Source: Lingula anatina (lineage: Eukaryota > Animalia > Brachiopoda). Taken from it: DNA of 64,000 bases. A program made the position numbers and the translations under genes. The stretch is from positions 16,328,534 through 16,392,533 of the forward strand of contig CM120644.1 of assembly GCA_051362555.1 (NCBI GenBank). Direction: 5' to 3'. Below are positions 13,001 to 26,716 of this stretch, one piece after another; position 1 is the first letter of the stretch, and each line of letters begins with the position of its first letter. Under the pieces are notes generated by a model. It saw nothing but the letters and a program-made list of their open reading frames with translations, did not search any database and was not told the origin of the DNA.

Positions 13001-16000
13001 GGACTTATACATGTAATACTTTCCTCTCAAATATAATTTAATACGCAAAAAAATAATTTAAAACACAATATTACATCTAGGGCATCGGACAAAATGGATC
13101 GTGATGGTAAAAGGAGTATGGTGTTGAAAGGACAGGACTGGTTAACACCGACCAAACTGTAAATGATGATGATGACGATTATTGCATCTAGAAACGATTT
13201 CAAAGAATATACACACAAATGTTATAAAGTACAAAGATGCTTAACGCTTAACCACATTGCCCAGACGGGGAGCTTCTCCAAAAAGTTCCTTTGCTAGTTA
13301 TAATTTCATAAGTAGGGGCCTACTCTCTCGAGTCCGTTATTCGCTTATTTTTTGGTCCAATTATGACCTAAGTCACAAAACGTTTTACAAGTGTAATGCA
13401 CCGAGTACCTCTTTTGCGCACTCGTTGCTGTTCTCTGTTTTGCCAAGTTTTTTTTCTTTTTTTTTATGAGACTCGATGTGCGTCGACAGTAACACTATCA
13501 CGTCAGCGCTGTCAAAGAGACAAAAGTTTCTTGTCACCTTAAACAAGGTCACTGAAACGTACCAGCATATCCGGTAAAATACAGTGCTCCCATTTCATGG
13601 TCTGCTGACACCTTTAAAGATACTGTTGTAGTCAAAGATAAAGTAAGAGGCCTAGGGTGACTAGGTATGTTCGGTTACTGTATTTTAACTGTATAAGAAA
13701 AACAATGTTATAGTTGACTAAGATGACCTCTAAGATTGGTTCTGTGTTAAAATCTATTGGTTTTTGCACGAAAGAAGGACTTCTGCGTAAGAGTGAGAAA
13801 AATTGTACATTTTGCAACTTGGTTTGTTGGATTTTATGCTCAAATATAAGTTTGAGTTTAGGAAGGGCACAGTTAAATACTGAAGTGCAAAGTTTTGATA
13901 CTAAATAGGGAGGTTGGTACCGTTTTATTTTAATGGAAAGATATTTTAGATAAGGAAATGGGCTGAATTATTTCTAAAAATGTTTTTAATCACGAATACA
14001 CATCCTTTTGAACCCGTAACTTTGTCTATTGAATTCGTCACTGAATTTGACAAGAAGATGCGTTATATTTTCACCCCCCTTCTCCCTTCGTCACAAACCT
14101 AAGTCAAAACGTTATATATATGGATTTTGATGAAATTTTCAGGACTGGTCCCAAAGAGTCTAATTGAAAAGTGTAGATTGTGATCATAATGAACCAAACT
14201 GTTTGCAATTTAGGATATTTATCTTAAATTTAACACTTTTTATGTGGTGCTGTGAGTGCACTTGTTAAAATGACCACATATTTAGTTTGAAAGACGGGAT
14301 ACGTGTAACTAAAATAGCTAGAGAAGCGTCAGCTTCCTTCTTTTTAATAGATGATTATTGACCACACTTTCTTTTGGTGCCAGTTTGCACTTTGTAGTCT
14401 TAATTTTTAAAGGAAGCAGTGCTTCTCTTTTTCATCACTTGGTGAAACTTTAAAAAAATTTCTTACTTTTTTATTTTGAAAGTGTACACATATATCCATT
14501 TTCATGGGTCCTGTATGTGATGGTTTTTATCATTTACTGTGTTCAGTCAAATATAATAAAATAAGAATGGCAATGGAGTCATTTGTATAACCTTTTTGTA
14601 ATATTGAAATATCGGTTAAAATAAAGTCGGAAAGAGCCACTTTTTAAGATAAAGCCCCCCCCCTCCCGTCTTTGAAATTGATGGCTACGCCCCATTTGTT
14701 AATTAATGGATTTCAACAGAATAACATAACACTGACAATGAAGTCAATTTTATAACATTTTTGTATTAGTGCAGTCATTATTATTGCACATGTTTTTTTC
14801 TGATTTTACAAATATTTATCTAACTTTAACACTTTCCCTGTCTTTTAGTCATATTGCAGTTTGAACCCCTTTTCAGTGTACTAAAATGGTTTAATGTCTT
14901 TCTGGCCTTGTTCTTTTTTTAATTTATTTGTTACAAAGAAATAAATCTAAAACACATGTTTGTTAAAATAATGTTTCACTTTTTCAGATAAATCCCTGCC
15001 CTCTTTAAAATTGATGGTTACAGCCCATTAGTTAATTACTGGTTACATGTTAGTTAATCATTTTTTCTTGGCGGAGGTCTGCGGGAGGTCTGCGCTCTCT
15101 GGATACTCCTCAGGTTTCTAAGTCTTGTCATCGGCGCACTTAGCCACCTGTTTTTTCTTTTGTCCTCCAAACAACCAGACAGACAAAAACGTTTTTTTTA
15201 GAAGTACTGCACCGAGTTCCCACACAATGCACTCACTGCTCTCACGTGTTCTCTTCCCTCATTAGATTCGCTTTTTGGCAAGTTCCTTTTCACTTCCGTC
15301 ACGCACGCAAAGGCAAGCTCAGCTCACGACAACATGATCCTTCGACCACCCCAGAGATTTTTTCTGTGAGGGACTTGGCTCTCGACGGTGAAATGTCCAT
15401 TTTTGACCCAAATTTTATAAAAGCGTTGACTGCTCATGTTTGATTGTATGGAATACGGGACTTAAAGGCATACAAGATAAGGAAAGGTTTTCTGTGTAAG
15501 GTTTTTCAATGAAATATATTTGGGCGTTTAGTTTAAGAATTTTCTGGTGCAGGAAACATGAACAATACCCAACTTCGTATGATGATAATTTCTAACAATT
15601 TTGATGAATAGAATTACGAATTACAGGAAATGTCAGTACAGTAGTTATCGACCAATGTGCCATCTTTAAGCGATGTGCCGTCGTTTGTTTTTCATTGCGA
15701 ATGTCTCTTAACTTACCTGTGATTGAAGATTCCGTTTTCAGTCTTTTGGGCATGACAAAATTGAGCTGTTCCGTGATTTGCTCCATCTGCTGAAACTGGT
15801 CGGCCAACAAAATCCGTATCCTCTGGTGCTTCTTCCATAACTGCTGACAAAGGACTTGTTGTTCCGGCGTGAGTTGCAGTTGGCCTTCAAACTGAAAATG
15901 AGTATTTTAAAGGGAAAACTGATAAAAATCTAACACTAACCCATGCTCATGGCAAAAAGTAAGCTGAAACTTGAATAGGGATGAATTATGAAAATTATAA

Positions 16001-19000
16001 CACCTTAAAGCCACAAGGTAAAAAAAAACTTAAACATATGAATCATAGTCAAATATTTTTTTTTGTATTTTTTAATCTGCTTAAATGCTGGATGAGCACG
16101 TTTGCTATAAGCAGGGAGGGTAAAAATCGTCCGCAATCACGGGATTACGGGATAACTCCCCGCATGCTGAAAAAAAAAAACGCTACTCGAGTTTATTAAG
16201 TACACAAACTCTTGGTACACAATAAATCGAGTAGAATTTACAGTATGGGCACACGATGCATAGAGAATGTAATGATGATGGGGTCATTCAGGGTTCAAGA
16301 TAAGACCAATCAATAGCCGTGTTGTTAAATTTCCCAGAGAAAAAACTGAGGTTTTTGTTGAAGGTAAAAAAATAGGCGGTGAAAACGTCCTGGACTTGAT
16401 GACGTATTTCATGACGGCGTAGCAGGAGCCTCATATGACCACGTTATGTGATCCAAGACCTTTTACTTTGCGCAAAAGATTTGAAATTCATTACATGTGT
16501 TAGAGAGCAGGGCTCATTTGACATGGAGTTGGGGTTTGCACTGTACCGACCCATGGTAGGGTTGAATGCTATGGATCCCGGCTTGCTTTGGCGGAAAATG
16601 GAAAAAAAGTAAGTACGAAATTGAATTCTTAAGAAAGCAACAGACTAATAAGTATTCTGATGGGATATTTACTGTTATATTCAAAAGATGTAAAGTAAAT
16701 ATTTTATAGAGCTGTTACTAGCAATTCAATTACTTCTTCAACCTAGTGTATTTAAGATTGTGGACAAGTTCAATGAAACCTGTATAATTTAAATCATTAA
16801 CAGCCAATTTGGACTTTTTTTAATATTCCTTCGGCTATCTGGGCATTTATGTCCAGACCTCGCGTACGTCTCAAAGTTAACATATTACGATGCTCCTTTC
16901 CATGTAAAAAATTGTACAGACTTGAATTTAATTAATTATTAACAGAGTTAGTAGAGCTATCTTTAACACGTGTTAATAGGTGCAGAGGGTGTCTTGTGAA
17001 AACAACATATGCTCACGCAGCAAGAAAAATAATTTTAAAAATGCACTGATTTCATGATAAAAGTGATTAGTGATAGAAAACATCAAACTGATAAAGTTTA
17101 TCTGGATTTTAGAGGTTTTGGGAGAATGAAAAAGATGCAATCACCAATTAAGGCAAGCAGCACCAGAGTAGGATTTTCATGACTAAATCCATAAAATGCC
17201 ATAAGTAAATATTTTATCTAAAGATAAAAAAAAGTTTATAGACAAGACTGATTAACATACGCACACAAAAGTATATAAACATATATATTTGTATGCGATT
17301 GGCTATTTATGAGTAATATTGCCGAAGTTTTTTTCTTTTTAAGTTCCCTTATTTTAACAGATTCCTAGAGTTTGCTAGAAGTGAAAAGGCATTAAGGCTT
17401 GACCCATGGACGATAAGTTATCTGTGCAAGGAGCATGATATACTCTTTATTGCAAGTACATTCACCGCTGCGGTAGTGATCATAAGCTTGCAAACGTGTA
17501 GTTTTACATATGCGCGCACACGCCCCCTTTTTTTGACACAAACTAATGATGCATAATACTCAGGGATACGTTTCGATTTGACACAAAATAAACAAACAAA
17601 CAAAGAAACAAAGAAAGGACATTTGCTGCCAATTAATACCACCAAACTGAATGGACGTTTATGTTCACGATAAGAATTAGACGGATTTCTGAACTTTGCG
17701 AAACGGTTGCAGCGGTTCCGTTCTATCCAGATAACTTTACCTACATTCAATAGTGATTTGTCTAACAACGTTGCATTTTGCCTTCTAATTATATGCATGT
17801 ATACGTATTTTGGTTGAACTTAAGATAGTAATCAGTAATTATTATTATGCATTTCTAACACAAGGCTTTAATTGGTTTCAATATATTTGAAAAATCAAAT
17901 CGCCAAACGACAGCATTTGGATTTCATTCTTCTGGCTGATCTTTGTCTTATAGTATACAGTGAGCGCTTTGCCGGGGTTTTAGAATCCGTAGATTTGATG
18001 AAAAGCTGTTTGTTTTATCATTATAAATTAAAACTCACTCTTCATATCGAAATTTCGCAAACAACGCTTCATAACAAATTTCTTTTATTGAAACTTTTAT
18101 GACTAAATCCACTGATATCTTTTATATTTTTTCTTTTGTCATCGAAATAAATACACCATAAACTAAAATGCATAATACAATTCTATTCATTTACGAAGAA
18201 ATACATTGAAAATGAGTAATTGAAATGATAAATATGAAATGAGCAATTAACTCCATACGCCTAAGATATTTTGAATCAAATCAAAACGACATAATCGGCA
18301 TTTAGAATTGTTCGAAAGTCACATCTTATCCCTAAATATACTGTTAAGTTATTATCATTACCAATTCAGATCCTAATAACGGTAAATCCTTAAAATAAAA
18401 TAACCAGATGTCGATACACCTGTCATGAATATTTCGAAAACTTACGACGGTATAAATGTATCACGATTTGTTATCAACTGAGTTTTGTTTTTAACGACAG
18501 TACAAACCTCTGACGCGGGTCGAGCAATGGATCGTGAGTAGGTGAAACTTGCTTTTTCCTCGAGGAGTACGCATTGGCGCGAAAATCTCGCATAGAACAT
18601 CCTTCGTGTTAATTTTAAGTAAATCACTTTTTCGATGGCCACTCCGCCTCCTTACCCGTTATTCCACACCCTCAAAACAGCAACAACTGATTGATTTAAA
18701 CTTAGTATTACTAGCATGTTCCTGATAGCAGTGAGTTTATATATTTTTTAAATGATATTTTATATAGTACATGTAAATTTAAACATTCCGCTGACATGTT
18801 TCAGAATTTTAGAGCAGTTGTAAGTGACTGCATGATGTTTTTGTACTTAATATGCATATTTGATTTAGGTGATACAGCCTGTTTACCGTGGATTCAAGAA
18901 CCCCATTTAAATTTTTCAACGAATATTTATCAAAAAAAATGAAAACACAAACGTAAAAAATTATAACTGGGCAGGTGGATTGGTAAGCATCTGCGAGTCT

Positions 19001-22000
19001 ATAAACTACCACTCATAATTAGAAAAAGAACAAATTAAATAAATATATAAATAAATAAAGATTTTGTTTTTAAATGGACGACTGGGAGTCTCCATAAAGA
19101 TGTCGTAAACTGAAAACACGTTAGGGAGGGAAAACCGCTTGGGGCTGAAGTTTCTAGCCGAGCAGTCGTAACTGCATGATACATATTTAAAGCTGACAGT
19201 GACAACAAAGCACTAGTCACCTTAGTAGGACGCCCTGGGCGTTTAACTTTTCAAAAGCAAAATTTTATTCTAGTTCTCATTTTTTAACATCTTTCCCTTA
19301 AGCTTCGAGGTGAATTTTTTTGTACAATCCATGGCCCTGTTTTTGAGATTGTCGCTGATGAGTCACTCTAAAATGATATATTATAATAATACTCTTATAA
19401 TAATAATAGTAATAATAATAATAATGTTTGTTTGAAGTCACAAATCCCTTCAAAATGTTCAGTCAACTTTGTTTAAAAACAAATATTTAAGAACACAATT
19501 ACCAAGATAGGCGTTAAAAAAACATAAAAGATAAAAAAAAAATTAAGAAAGATAAAGGTTCCTCATAAAAACATCCTAGTTCTTACATAAAACCAATTAC
19601 AATTGAAACAGTCAATGGTGAAATTTCCTAAAATGCTATGTTTTTAACTCATTTGTAAATTTATGAGTTGACTCACATTCCATTCGACACTACCATCAGA
19701 TTTAAAACAGATATCCCTATAAGTTTTAAGATGAAGATCTCTGGTGAATTGCACTCATTACAGTAAAATAGCAATTAAGAACTAGAAAACAGATTTGCTA
19801 ATAATTGTTTCTTCAGTAGGTTTAGATGGAATAAACCTTGATGATAAAGAAAGTAAAATTGTTGAAATTATGAAAAAAAAAAAAACATTTTAGTTATACG
19901 AAGATCTCACTGTCTTTACGCTCAGAAAACTCATCATGGGTCATCTTGGGTATATAAGTGTAGATGTAATGGGTAGATAAGTCACACTCTGACTGTGGGA
20001 TGCACAGTGGTCCTTTTTATGCTAAATCGAACAAAACTTTGAAACTGATTTGTGAAAAGTGATCGCATTCGTCATCTCGAATAAATGGAAAGAGAGAAGA
20101 CTGGGATCTTGACGTAAAGCATCATTGAGAAATATCAAAAATGGACCAAAATCTTATTATTTATTTGTTTTTATTTATTATTTTAAGTGATGGGGCTTGA
20201 CGTTTAACATCAATGAGAAACATAAAAAAGAGATCAAAATATTTTTATTTGTCTATTTTTTATTTTAAGTGAAGGGGCTTACCACCAGTACAAAGTAAAA
20301 TATTTGGCCACGAGGTTAATTAAGTCTGTCTCAAGAAAAAAATTGTGACCATACCAGGCACCGATAAAAATTTAAATGAAAGTTTCGCATCCCCTTACGA
20401 TCAATTATCAGGGTTTTTATCAACCCTAAAAGTCTGTCTGTTTTTCAAAGCAGTAGTACATTGGTGATGCTTGGGCCTAAACACTTATTCCACAAGTTGG
20501 TTGACATATTAATGGAGACGAACTATTTATAATAGTCTTGTAGATATTTGTTACTTGTAGGTTTGTTGTCAACCCTAAAAGTTTGCCTGTTCATAGAAGT
20601 AGTAGATAGCAGGCCGTAGCCAGCAAATTCAAAAGGGGGGTTCTTTTTCTGAAAAAGTGGACCTTTTACAATGAAACTTATGTGTACCTAGATACCTAGA
20701 TAAAATTTTACCCAAAATGGACCGTTTCATGACAAAAGGGGCGGTTCTTTCGAACCCCCCGAACCCCGCCTGGCTACAGGCCTGGATAGGTAGTATATAG
20801 TTCTGAAAATTTCTTCCACGGGTCGGTCGACATATTTATGGGGAGGTGATATTTATAGTAGTCTGGTAAACACTTGGTACTTAAGCCAAAAGACTCGTTC
20901 CACGACATAGTCGACGTTTTTATGGAGGGGTAATATTAAGACCAGCCAATCAAAATCAGTTCTGCCGCCGTCAGCAGCTTCCGGCTAACTCGAGACTTGA
21001 TGTTACTCTCTACCACAGAGCAGCTTGGTAAAGACGTGTTTTTTATCTTTATTATTTCTTATTTTTATTTTTATTTATTCGTTATTTTCTGGAAAAAAAC
21101 ACAAACACCTAATAAGAGTACTTTTACTGGTATGGAAATGTGCAGCTACATACCATAAAAATATTTCTTAATATCTAGAGAAAATTTTCTGGCGGCTGTG
21201 GTAGAGGGTATGTTGACAGCCGTTTTTTATGAAAATAATACCATCCTTTGATATACTCGACCAATGGGATGTTAGTATCCAAGTAACCTTATCCGCTTTT
21301 ATGCCATGATTTTCAACAATGAGCTACCTGTCTCGATTTCGTTTCATATGCTTTTATCAAAAATATTTGAAATAAATTGAAATAGGTTAGAAGCATCATG
21401 ATTGATTATCTGACCTATTTCCACTTATTAAATTTTTTCATTTAATTTTTAAACGTCTACCCTCGATCTCCATGCGACCCTACCACCCTTAAATCCTATT
21501 TTACCACAGGCAATTTACCAGTTCAAACCCAAACCGCCTGGCGATGGATTAAATTACAAAGCAGTATTAATTGTACAATTACAATGCAAAGGCCAAGGAT
21601 TCGATAGTCCGCGGCTCTAAATGGGCATTCCTGACCATTCATAGGTCACCAAAATGTACTTTCTACTCAGAGGTAAATCAACTAGACTCAGATCAACCAA
21701 CTAGATTCAGATCGGTCTTCGTCAATGGTCCCGCTTTGTTCGGTTTGTTATTCAAGCAAAGCAGGCTCAATTCTTGCCATTCTTGATGTCTTTATCTGGT
21801 GTATAGAAACTGGGGTCCCTGTAACAGAGAGTCTCCCTGTAGTTAGTTTAATAACGGGTTGAAATGACTTAGAGTATATAGTGCTTTATGCTACACTGCG
21901 CAACAACGTAGAGAATTCATTTTTTTTTTTTTGCTCATGGTGTCAACGGCTGTTGCTGGCTATCTATTTTATCCTAATTTTTTTTTTTACATAGTAACAA

Positions 22001-23476
22001 TATTTACATGGGTGCCCATCACTTTCAATAGTAATTGGATCCTTAGTTCAAATCGCCATAGCAACAGAACTAACATGGATACCTAAAACCTTATGGATAC
22101 CTAAGAACTTTAAAATCTTAATATGGATGCAATAGTGTTAAACATATATGTAAATTTTGGAGAAAAATCTACCAGACAGAAATATCTGTAATTAGGGGCT
22201 GATAACTCCATAAAAAAACGACAGCACGGGATTGTAGCCCATTCAGTCGAGGTCCACTCTGCCAATTTTCGTGATAAAATCTCGTTCAGGGATGACGTTA
22301 CGCCAAATACCGATTGTTATCTCACCTCAAAATAGAAAGATGTTTATAACTGACGATTAAAGTTTGAGTTGCCTATGCTTATACATTGCAACGAGAAACA
22401 TAAGCTCCGATATTTTATATTTTCGAGGGTTTTTTATTGTTTTAAATCAGCACAAAGATAGATGCATTATTAAATAATTATATGCAGGAAAATCCAATTT
22501 TGGTATCTGGATGATAATAAAGGGTAACAATATCCTAAAATGTTTGGCACGCCTATTCAAGCTGCTAGCGGGTAATAATCGATAGTCAATTACCCCCTAG
22601 TTACTCAAGGGGGAGTGCCAGACAATTAAGCTGATTACGCTGAGAGCACTTTAGCGAGAAGCCCTACAAACTTAAGTCGATCCAGTTAATACAATGGGCT
22701 AATGGGAACGCACTTAAAAATGAGAACCATAATCCAGGGCGACCCGGGGTTATTACATGGACAATAAAAAGAGAACATGTATCACCGGCGACTCTCTTGC
22801 ACATGGCATGTAAAGGTCATATGAAATTAAATTTTGTATTCATGAAATTTATTTTTAGATTTTTTTTCATTTGGTTTATGTGCAGGCTGGTGTTATGTGA
22901 TTCACTTTATGGCTCTGTTTATTAAAGAAGGATTTGGAGGACCAACACCTGCATCATTAGATGATTGTACTGTTATTAATAATGTCCAGAATGGCAGGAA
23001 AACTGCATTTAATTGAACATTTACTGAAAATACCAGGAATCAATCATAAGTGGGCTGTAACCAGGGGCGGATTCAGGGCGTCTTCTGGGTCTTCCGGAAG
23101 ACGGTCAAATTTTCAAGTTTACATTGACGGGTATCTAACTTTTTCTGTCGGAAGACGGTCAAAAAATGAAGAACGGGGCAACAAAGATAATTTGGAAGAC
23201 TGTCAGAAAATATCTCTGAATCCGCTCCTGGTAACACACTAACAACTTGATAAGAAAGCCAGCCCACTTGAACACGTCAAAGATGTATTTTAAAGAAACA
23301 AACATTATTATTTAAGTCAGTAACTTGCTTGGTTTCCTTGCTTTGGTTGACCTTAACAATGTAGTAGGGTTGACCTAAGTTTCTTTTGTAAAACCTGGGC
23401 CAGCTGTACGGGCGCCATGAGTGTTTAATCTTGAGGAATTTAAATTATTTGAACTCAGAGCGAACCTCTTTGTGTT

Positions 23477-23553
<77 letters not shown>

Positions 23554-24567
23554 GCAGCGGCACCCTACATTTGATCGTCCGAGTGCGACAAAGCGTTGTC
23601 CAAAATATAAATAACCGCCTGTCAAGGCAAGAACCGGGTTTCTATTCTCCAACCGACCACCCCTGAGTCCTCTTTCTCCGCACGTAATGCGCCGAGCTCC
23701 GCAGGTGTGAGAGTAATCACATTTCAAAAACTCATTGACTAGTGATCAGTTACCATAATAATAGAGGCTATTTACTCCGTTGTGAGAAAGAATTTTTATT
23801 TTCAGATCTCGTGCCAATGCACTGGTAGGTCTTGTGACCCTTCGGTACAATTTGAAAATATATTTTAAAGGGATAATAACTTGCAAACAACGCATAGAAA
23901 CATAATATATTCTATTTTACCACAAAAACGGCAGTTATAGCTATTATTCTGATATCTGAGCTTGTCATCGGACCACCTGGCCTCTATAGATGGTTATACT
24001 CTGTAATAATCTCTTAAAAGATTATTACAAAAACAATTAAACTTTTTAGAAAAAAAAAACAGGGACTAACTTTGAATGTAGAAATGGACTCATTAACCAT
24101 TGGTAAGTAAGGGAAAATTGTTTACTCCAGGAAAATTCATTTTTTGGCCGAAACGAATAGTTATTATCACTTTAAAGTACGCGGTGCATGTACCGGCACT
24201 GTACATGACATGGTTAGAAAGTGTGTCAGCATATTTGCCATTTTTCTTGCAAGATGGCCGCTTACTTCATTCAACATTGCCGCTTCGTTTAAAGCATTGT
24301 ATAAACAAGTGGAAGGGGAAAACGGCAAAGTTAGGAAAATTTTAACCAAGTCTTTAAGGTGACATGTAGCTAAAAGACCTCCCCTTTCAAGAGGGCGTTA
24401 CCCCCCCCCCCCCAAAAAAAAAAAAAAGGTCTTTGTCCCTCCAGGATAAGGATTTTATTTCCTACTGTAGGCAATTACCTTGCGGGTTTTTTATTGGGGG
24501 GGGGGGGGGGGTACTTTGAAGTGAATAATGGCATTTACATATTGCTTAAAACCATGAAGAGTGATCG

Positions 24568-24603
<36 letters not shown>

Positions 24604-26716
24604 GTTGTTGTTGTTGTTGTTTTTGTCGTTCTCACTATTATCATTATTGCCCATACATTGTAGAACTATTTGTAAAAAAAGTTGTAATAAATAATGAATG
24701 TGTTCAAGTAATGTGCATCAGCTGCCGTGGTTACATTGATACATGTTGGTCGATTCACGTTAGGAACAACAACAACAACAAAAACAACAACAACAAAAAC
24801 AATTGGTAAAATAAGTTCAATACAATGTTTATTTTGTGTTCTATGTGTCATCAGTGAGAAGATATTGGATCCCTGTAGGAGGGGGGGGGGGGGGGTTGGT
24901 TTCCATTTCGTCAGTAAATGAGAAACGACTGGCCATAATATATCACTGACCCTAGAAAGCAAGCATTCATTGCTATTGTTCTAAATCTGAAGAGAGTTGG
25001 TAGTGGACATATTTTCTATGACCAAAATTATTGTGGTCTATTCTATAGTGTGTATTACTAACCCATCGGTCAAGTCTTATCTTAAATTTTTTAAGAGTAA
25101 GGCATAACATTACTATTAAAATACAGAAGATCTTAAATATGACTATAAAATATAATTACATGTACTCAAACTCAGGTGCAAAAAAATCAAAATTAATAAA
25201 CTGGATTAGAAAATGATCTTGCTTTTATGGATAGGAAATTAAAAAGTAACATTAATCTTAAAAATTCATGTTAATAGTTGTTTTTATAGATCATCTTTGC
25301 TAAGCAGGAAAAAGTAAAAAACCAAAGAAATGATTTGAAAGACACTACTCAAAATTCCGTATGAGTGCATATGTTTTCGAAGGAAATCGTTAGACAATTT
25401 TGTGGTGGATTATCAGTAACCGCGACCGTATATTGCCGAAGAAAATCAGATATAACATTAAAGGTTACAGAGGTGCTGGGTGGATCACTTGTAGCACATG
25501 AGATGGAAATTTTTATTTTATGAAAAAGTATAAACTTTACGAAAAGAAAAAAAGAAAAAAGCCCTTCGTTTTGATCAGTTCAAGAAAAAGGGCAAACGTA
25601 CTTTCTGAAAATCTAACACAAAAAACTAAGTCGTTTCAAAAAGTTTATTCAATTTAGGCACAACGTTAAAATTCTCCTTATAAGTGCACCTTATATACAA
25701 TGTATGACTAATGCCTATACTAGATCTATCTTTAAAACAGGGTCTGAGACAGACTTAATGCCTTAAAGAATCACCTAAAGCACGAACCAAAACGATCAGA
25801 TCGATACCGTTTTAATTTGAAAGTGGCGCAACCACACACTACACTAAAATGTGCTTTAGAAAATATAAAAAAAACTCCCCCTCCGCCGACAGTTTTTCAT
25901 CACCTTTTTTTTAGCTTTTTAATGTTGTTAAATTCAAATTAGCTCATGTCGCGTTGCAATATAGCAACATCATAACACATGAATTAAAACGCATTTAAAT
26001 TCAACTGTGCTTTCTTGATATCTACGCGTTGACCTCCCGTGTGTTTTGAATTAAAATTCAGTAATACAAGAGCATAAAACATCACTGCGCTTCTAGGCGT
26101 GGGGTAGGAAAACGTCGAAAACAAGTCGATAATTCATTGAAGGTTTGTTTCATGATTAAATTGCTCTGTATAAAGCGTTGGTTCATTATGATTATGTGTT
26201 TATTCTCTTACTATCCTTACAAGTTCCAAAATTTTAAATATTATCTTTTCCAATTTTCGAACAATCCTCGGCTACTGTTTTCCCATTTAAATCACAAGAA
26301 TGCTTAAAAGCATGTAGCATTAAGTTGTAGTACTTCAGGATATTAAATGATTAGCTCCACCAGCACCAAAAACTACTTTATCCAACAACAATAAAGCCAA
26401 ACAAAGTCACCAAGGCTGGATTAAAAAAAAAAAAAACTGACCTCGATAATATAACGAAAAACTCCTTATAAGCAAAATGATCAAATCAAATTTCAATTGC
26501 AGTTTTGCTTTATTTCTTACAGCGGATGTTCCTAAGTCATGACCCTTATATCAGGGCCATATCTGTTAAATAAAGAAGCGGACATACCTGGCGAAAATTC
26601 ACTATTTTCTCTGGAGTATTATCATCGGCGGATTTGGCTTTGCATGGCTCGTTCTCGGAGGCGGACCTTGGCTTCAGCAACTCTCTCAACAGCGGGTTTC
26701 CCTGCCGGCCATCCAT
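7148..26716 (-). CDS. Spliced gene, isoform A (~514 aa): LxxLL + CLOCK exon-19-like coiled coil + SP/Q-rich disordered tail; no bHLH-PAS. Coding exons 26716-26588, 15891-15717, 8388-7148
   Basis: All junctions are GT-AG and phase-compatible: CAG|gtatgt (phase 0) to ttttcag|TTTGAA; ACAG|gtaagt (phase 1) to ttttgtag|GTGAGAAA. The ATG at 26716 has in-frame stops upstream. The last exon contains the 410-aa ORF 7148-8380. Confidence 0.8.
9640..9802 (+). mobile_element. MITE family M1 (CAGGGGCGGAT...ATCCGCCCCTG), nested in a family-M4 MITE
   Basis: TIRs; internal sequence shared with copies at 23062, 45003 and 48283. Confidence 0.9.
15717..15891 (-). CDS. Internal exon FEGQLQLTPEQQVLCQQLWKKHQRIRILLADQFQQMEQITEQLNFVMPKRLKTESSIT(G); CLOCK exon-19-like coiled coil
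   Basis: Acceptor cattttcag, donor gtaagt, 175 nt fully open, heptad-like L/I/M pattern. Confidence 0.88.
16495..16585 (-). CDS. Candidate alternative exon of isoform B (KPGSIAFNPTMGRYSANPNSMSNEPCSLTH)
   Basis: Polypyrimidine acceptor tttttttccattttccgccaaag, ATG at 16554 in ACCATGG context, phase-0 donor CAT|gtaatg in frame with the 15891 exon. Confidence 0.5.
18446..18600 (-). other. Candidate alternative first exon (isoform B), coding or 5'UTR
   Basis: CpG-richer island with consensus donor TC|gtaagt at 18445. The open frame from ATG 18600 ends in phase 2, matching the phase-2 start of the 16585 exon. Confidence 0.4.
20610..20784. mobile_element. MITE family M3, TSD GATAG
   Basis: TIRs CAGGCCGTAGCCAG / CTGGCTACAGGCCTG; inserted in a degenerate tandem repeat (~20415-20930). 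Confidence 0.85.
22190..22330 (-). repeat. Dispersed repeat, inverted homolog at ~51010-51145
   Basis: ctctgccaattttcgtgataaaatct..ataccgatt..tcacct is the reverse complement of aggtga..aatcggtat..agattttatcacgaaaattggcagag. Confidence 0.7.
23062..23230 (+). mobile_element. MITE family M1, TSD GTAAC
   Basis: TIRs and perfect 5-bp direct repeat. Confidence 0.9.
23481..23548. repeat. (TA)n microsatellite
   Basis: Direct read; a similar tract lies at 33665-33731. Confidence 0.98.
23869..24171. mobile_element. TTAA-flanked non-autonomous element (Kolobok-like)
   Basis: TTAA|AGGGATAATAAC ... GTTATTATCACT|TTAA; inverted homolog at 40886-41232. Confidence 0.8.

Noticed and set aside
10886-15217. 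GCACCGAGT resembles the 3' hairpin of the Cas9 tracrRNA/sgRNA scaffold
   Set aside because: Only 9 nt match, and the complementary CGGTGC arm and the rest of the scaffold are absent.
7148-26716. Calling the gene Clock, NPAS2, PASD1 or CIPC
   Set aside because: No bHLH/PAS exons seen and no CIPC C-terminal motif. Only one short region resembles CLOCK, so no symbol is given.
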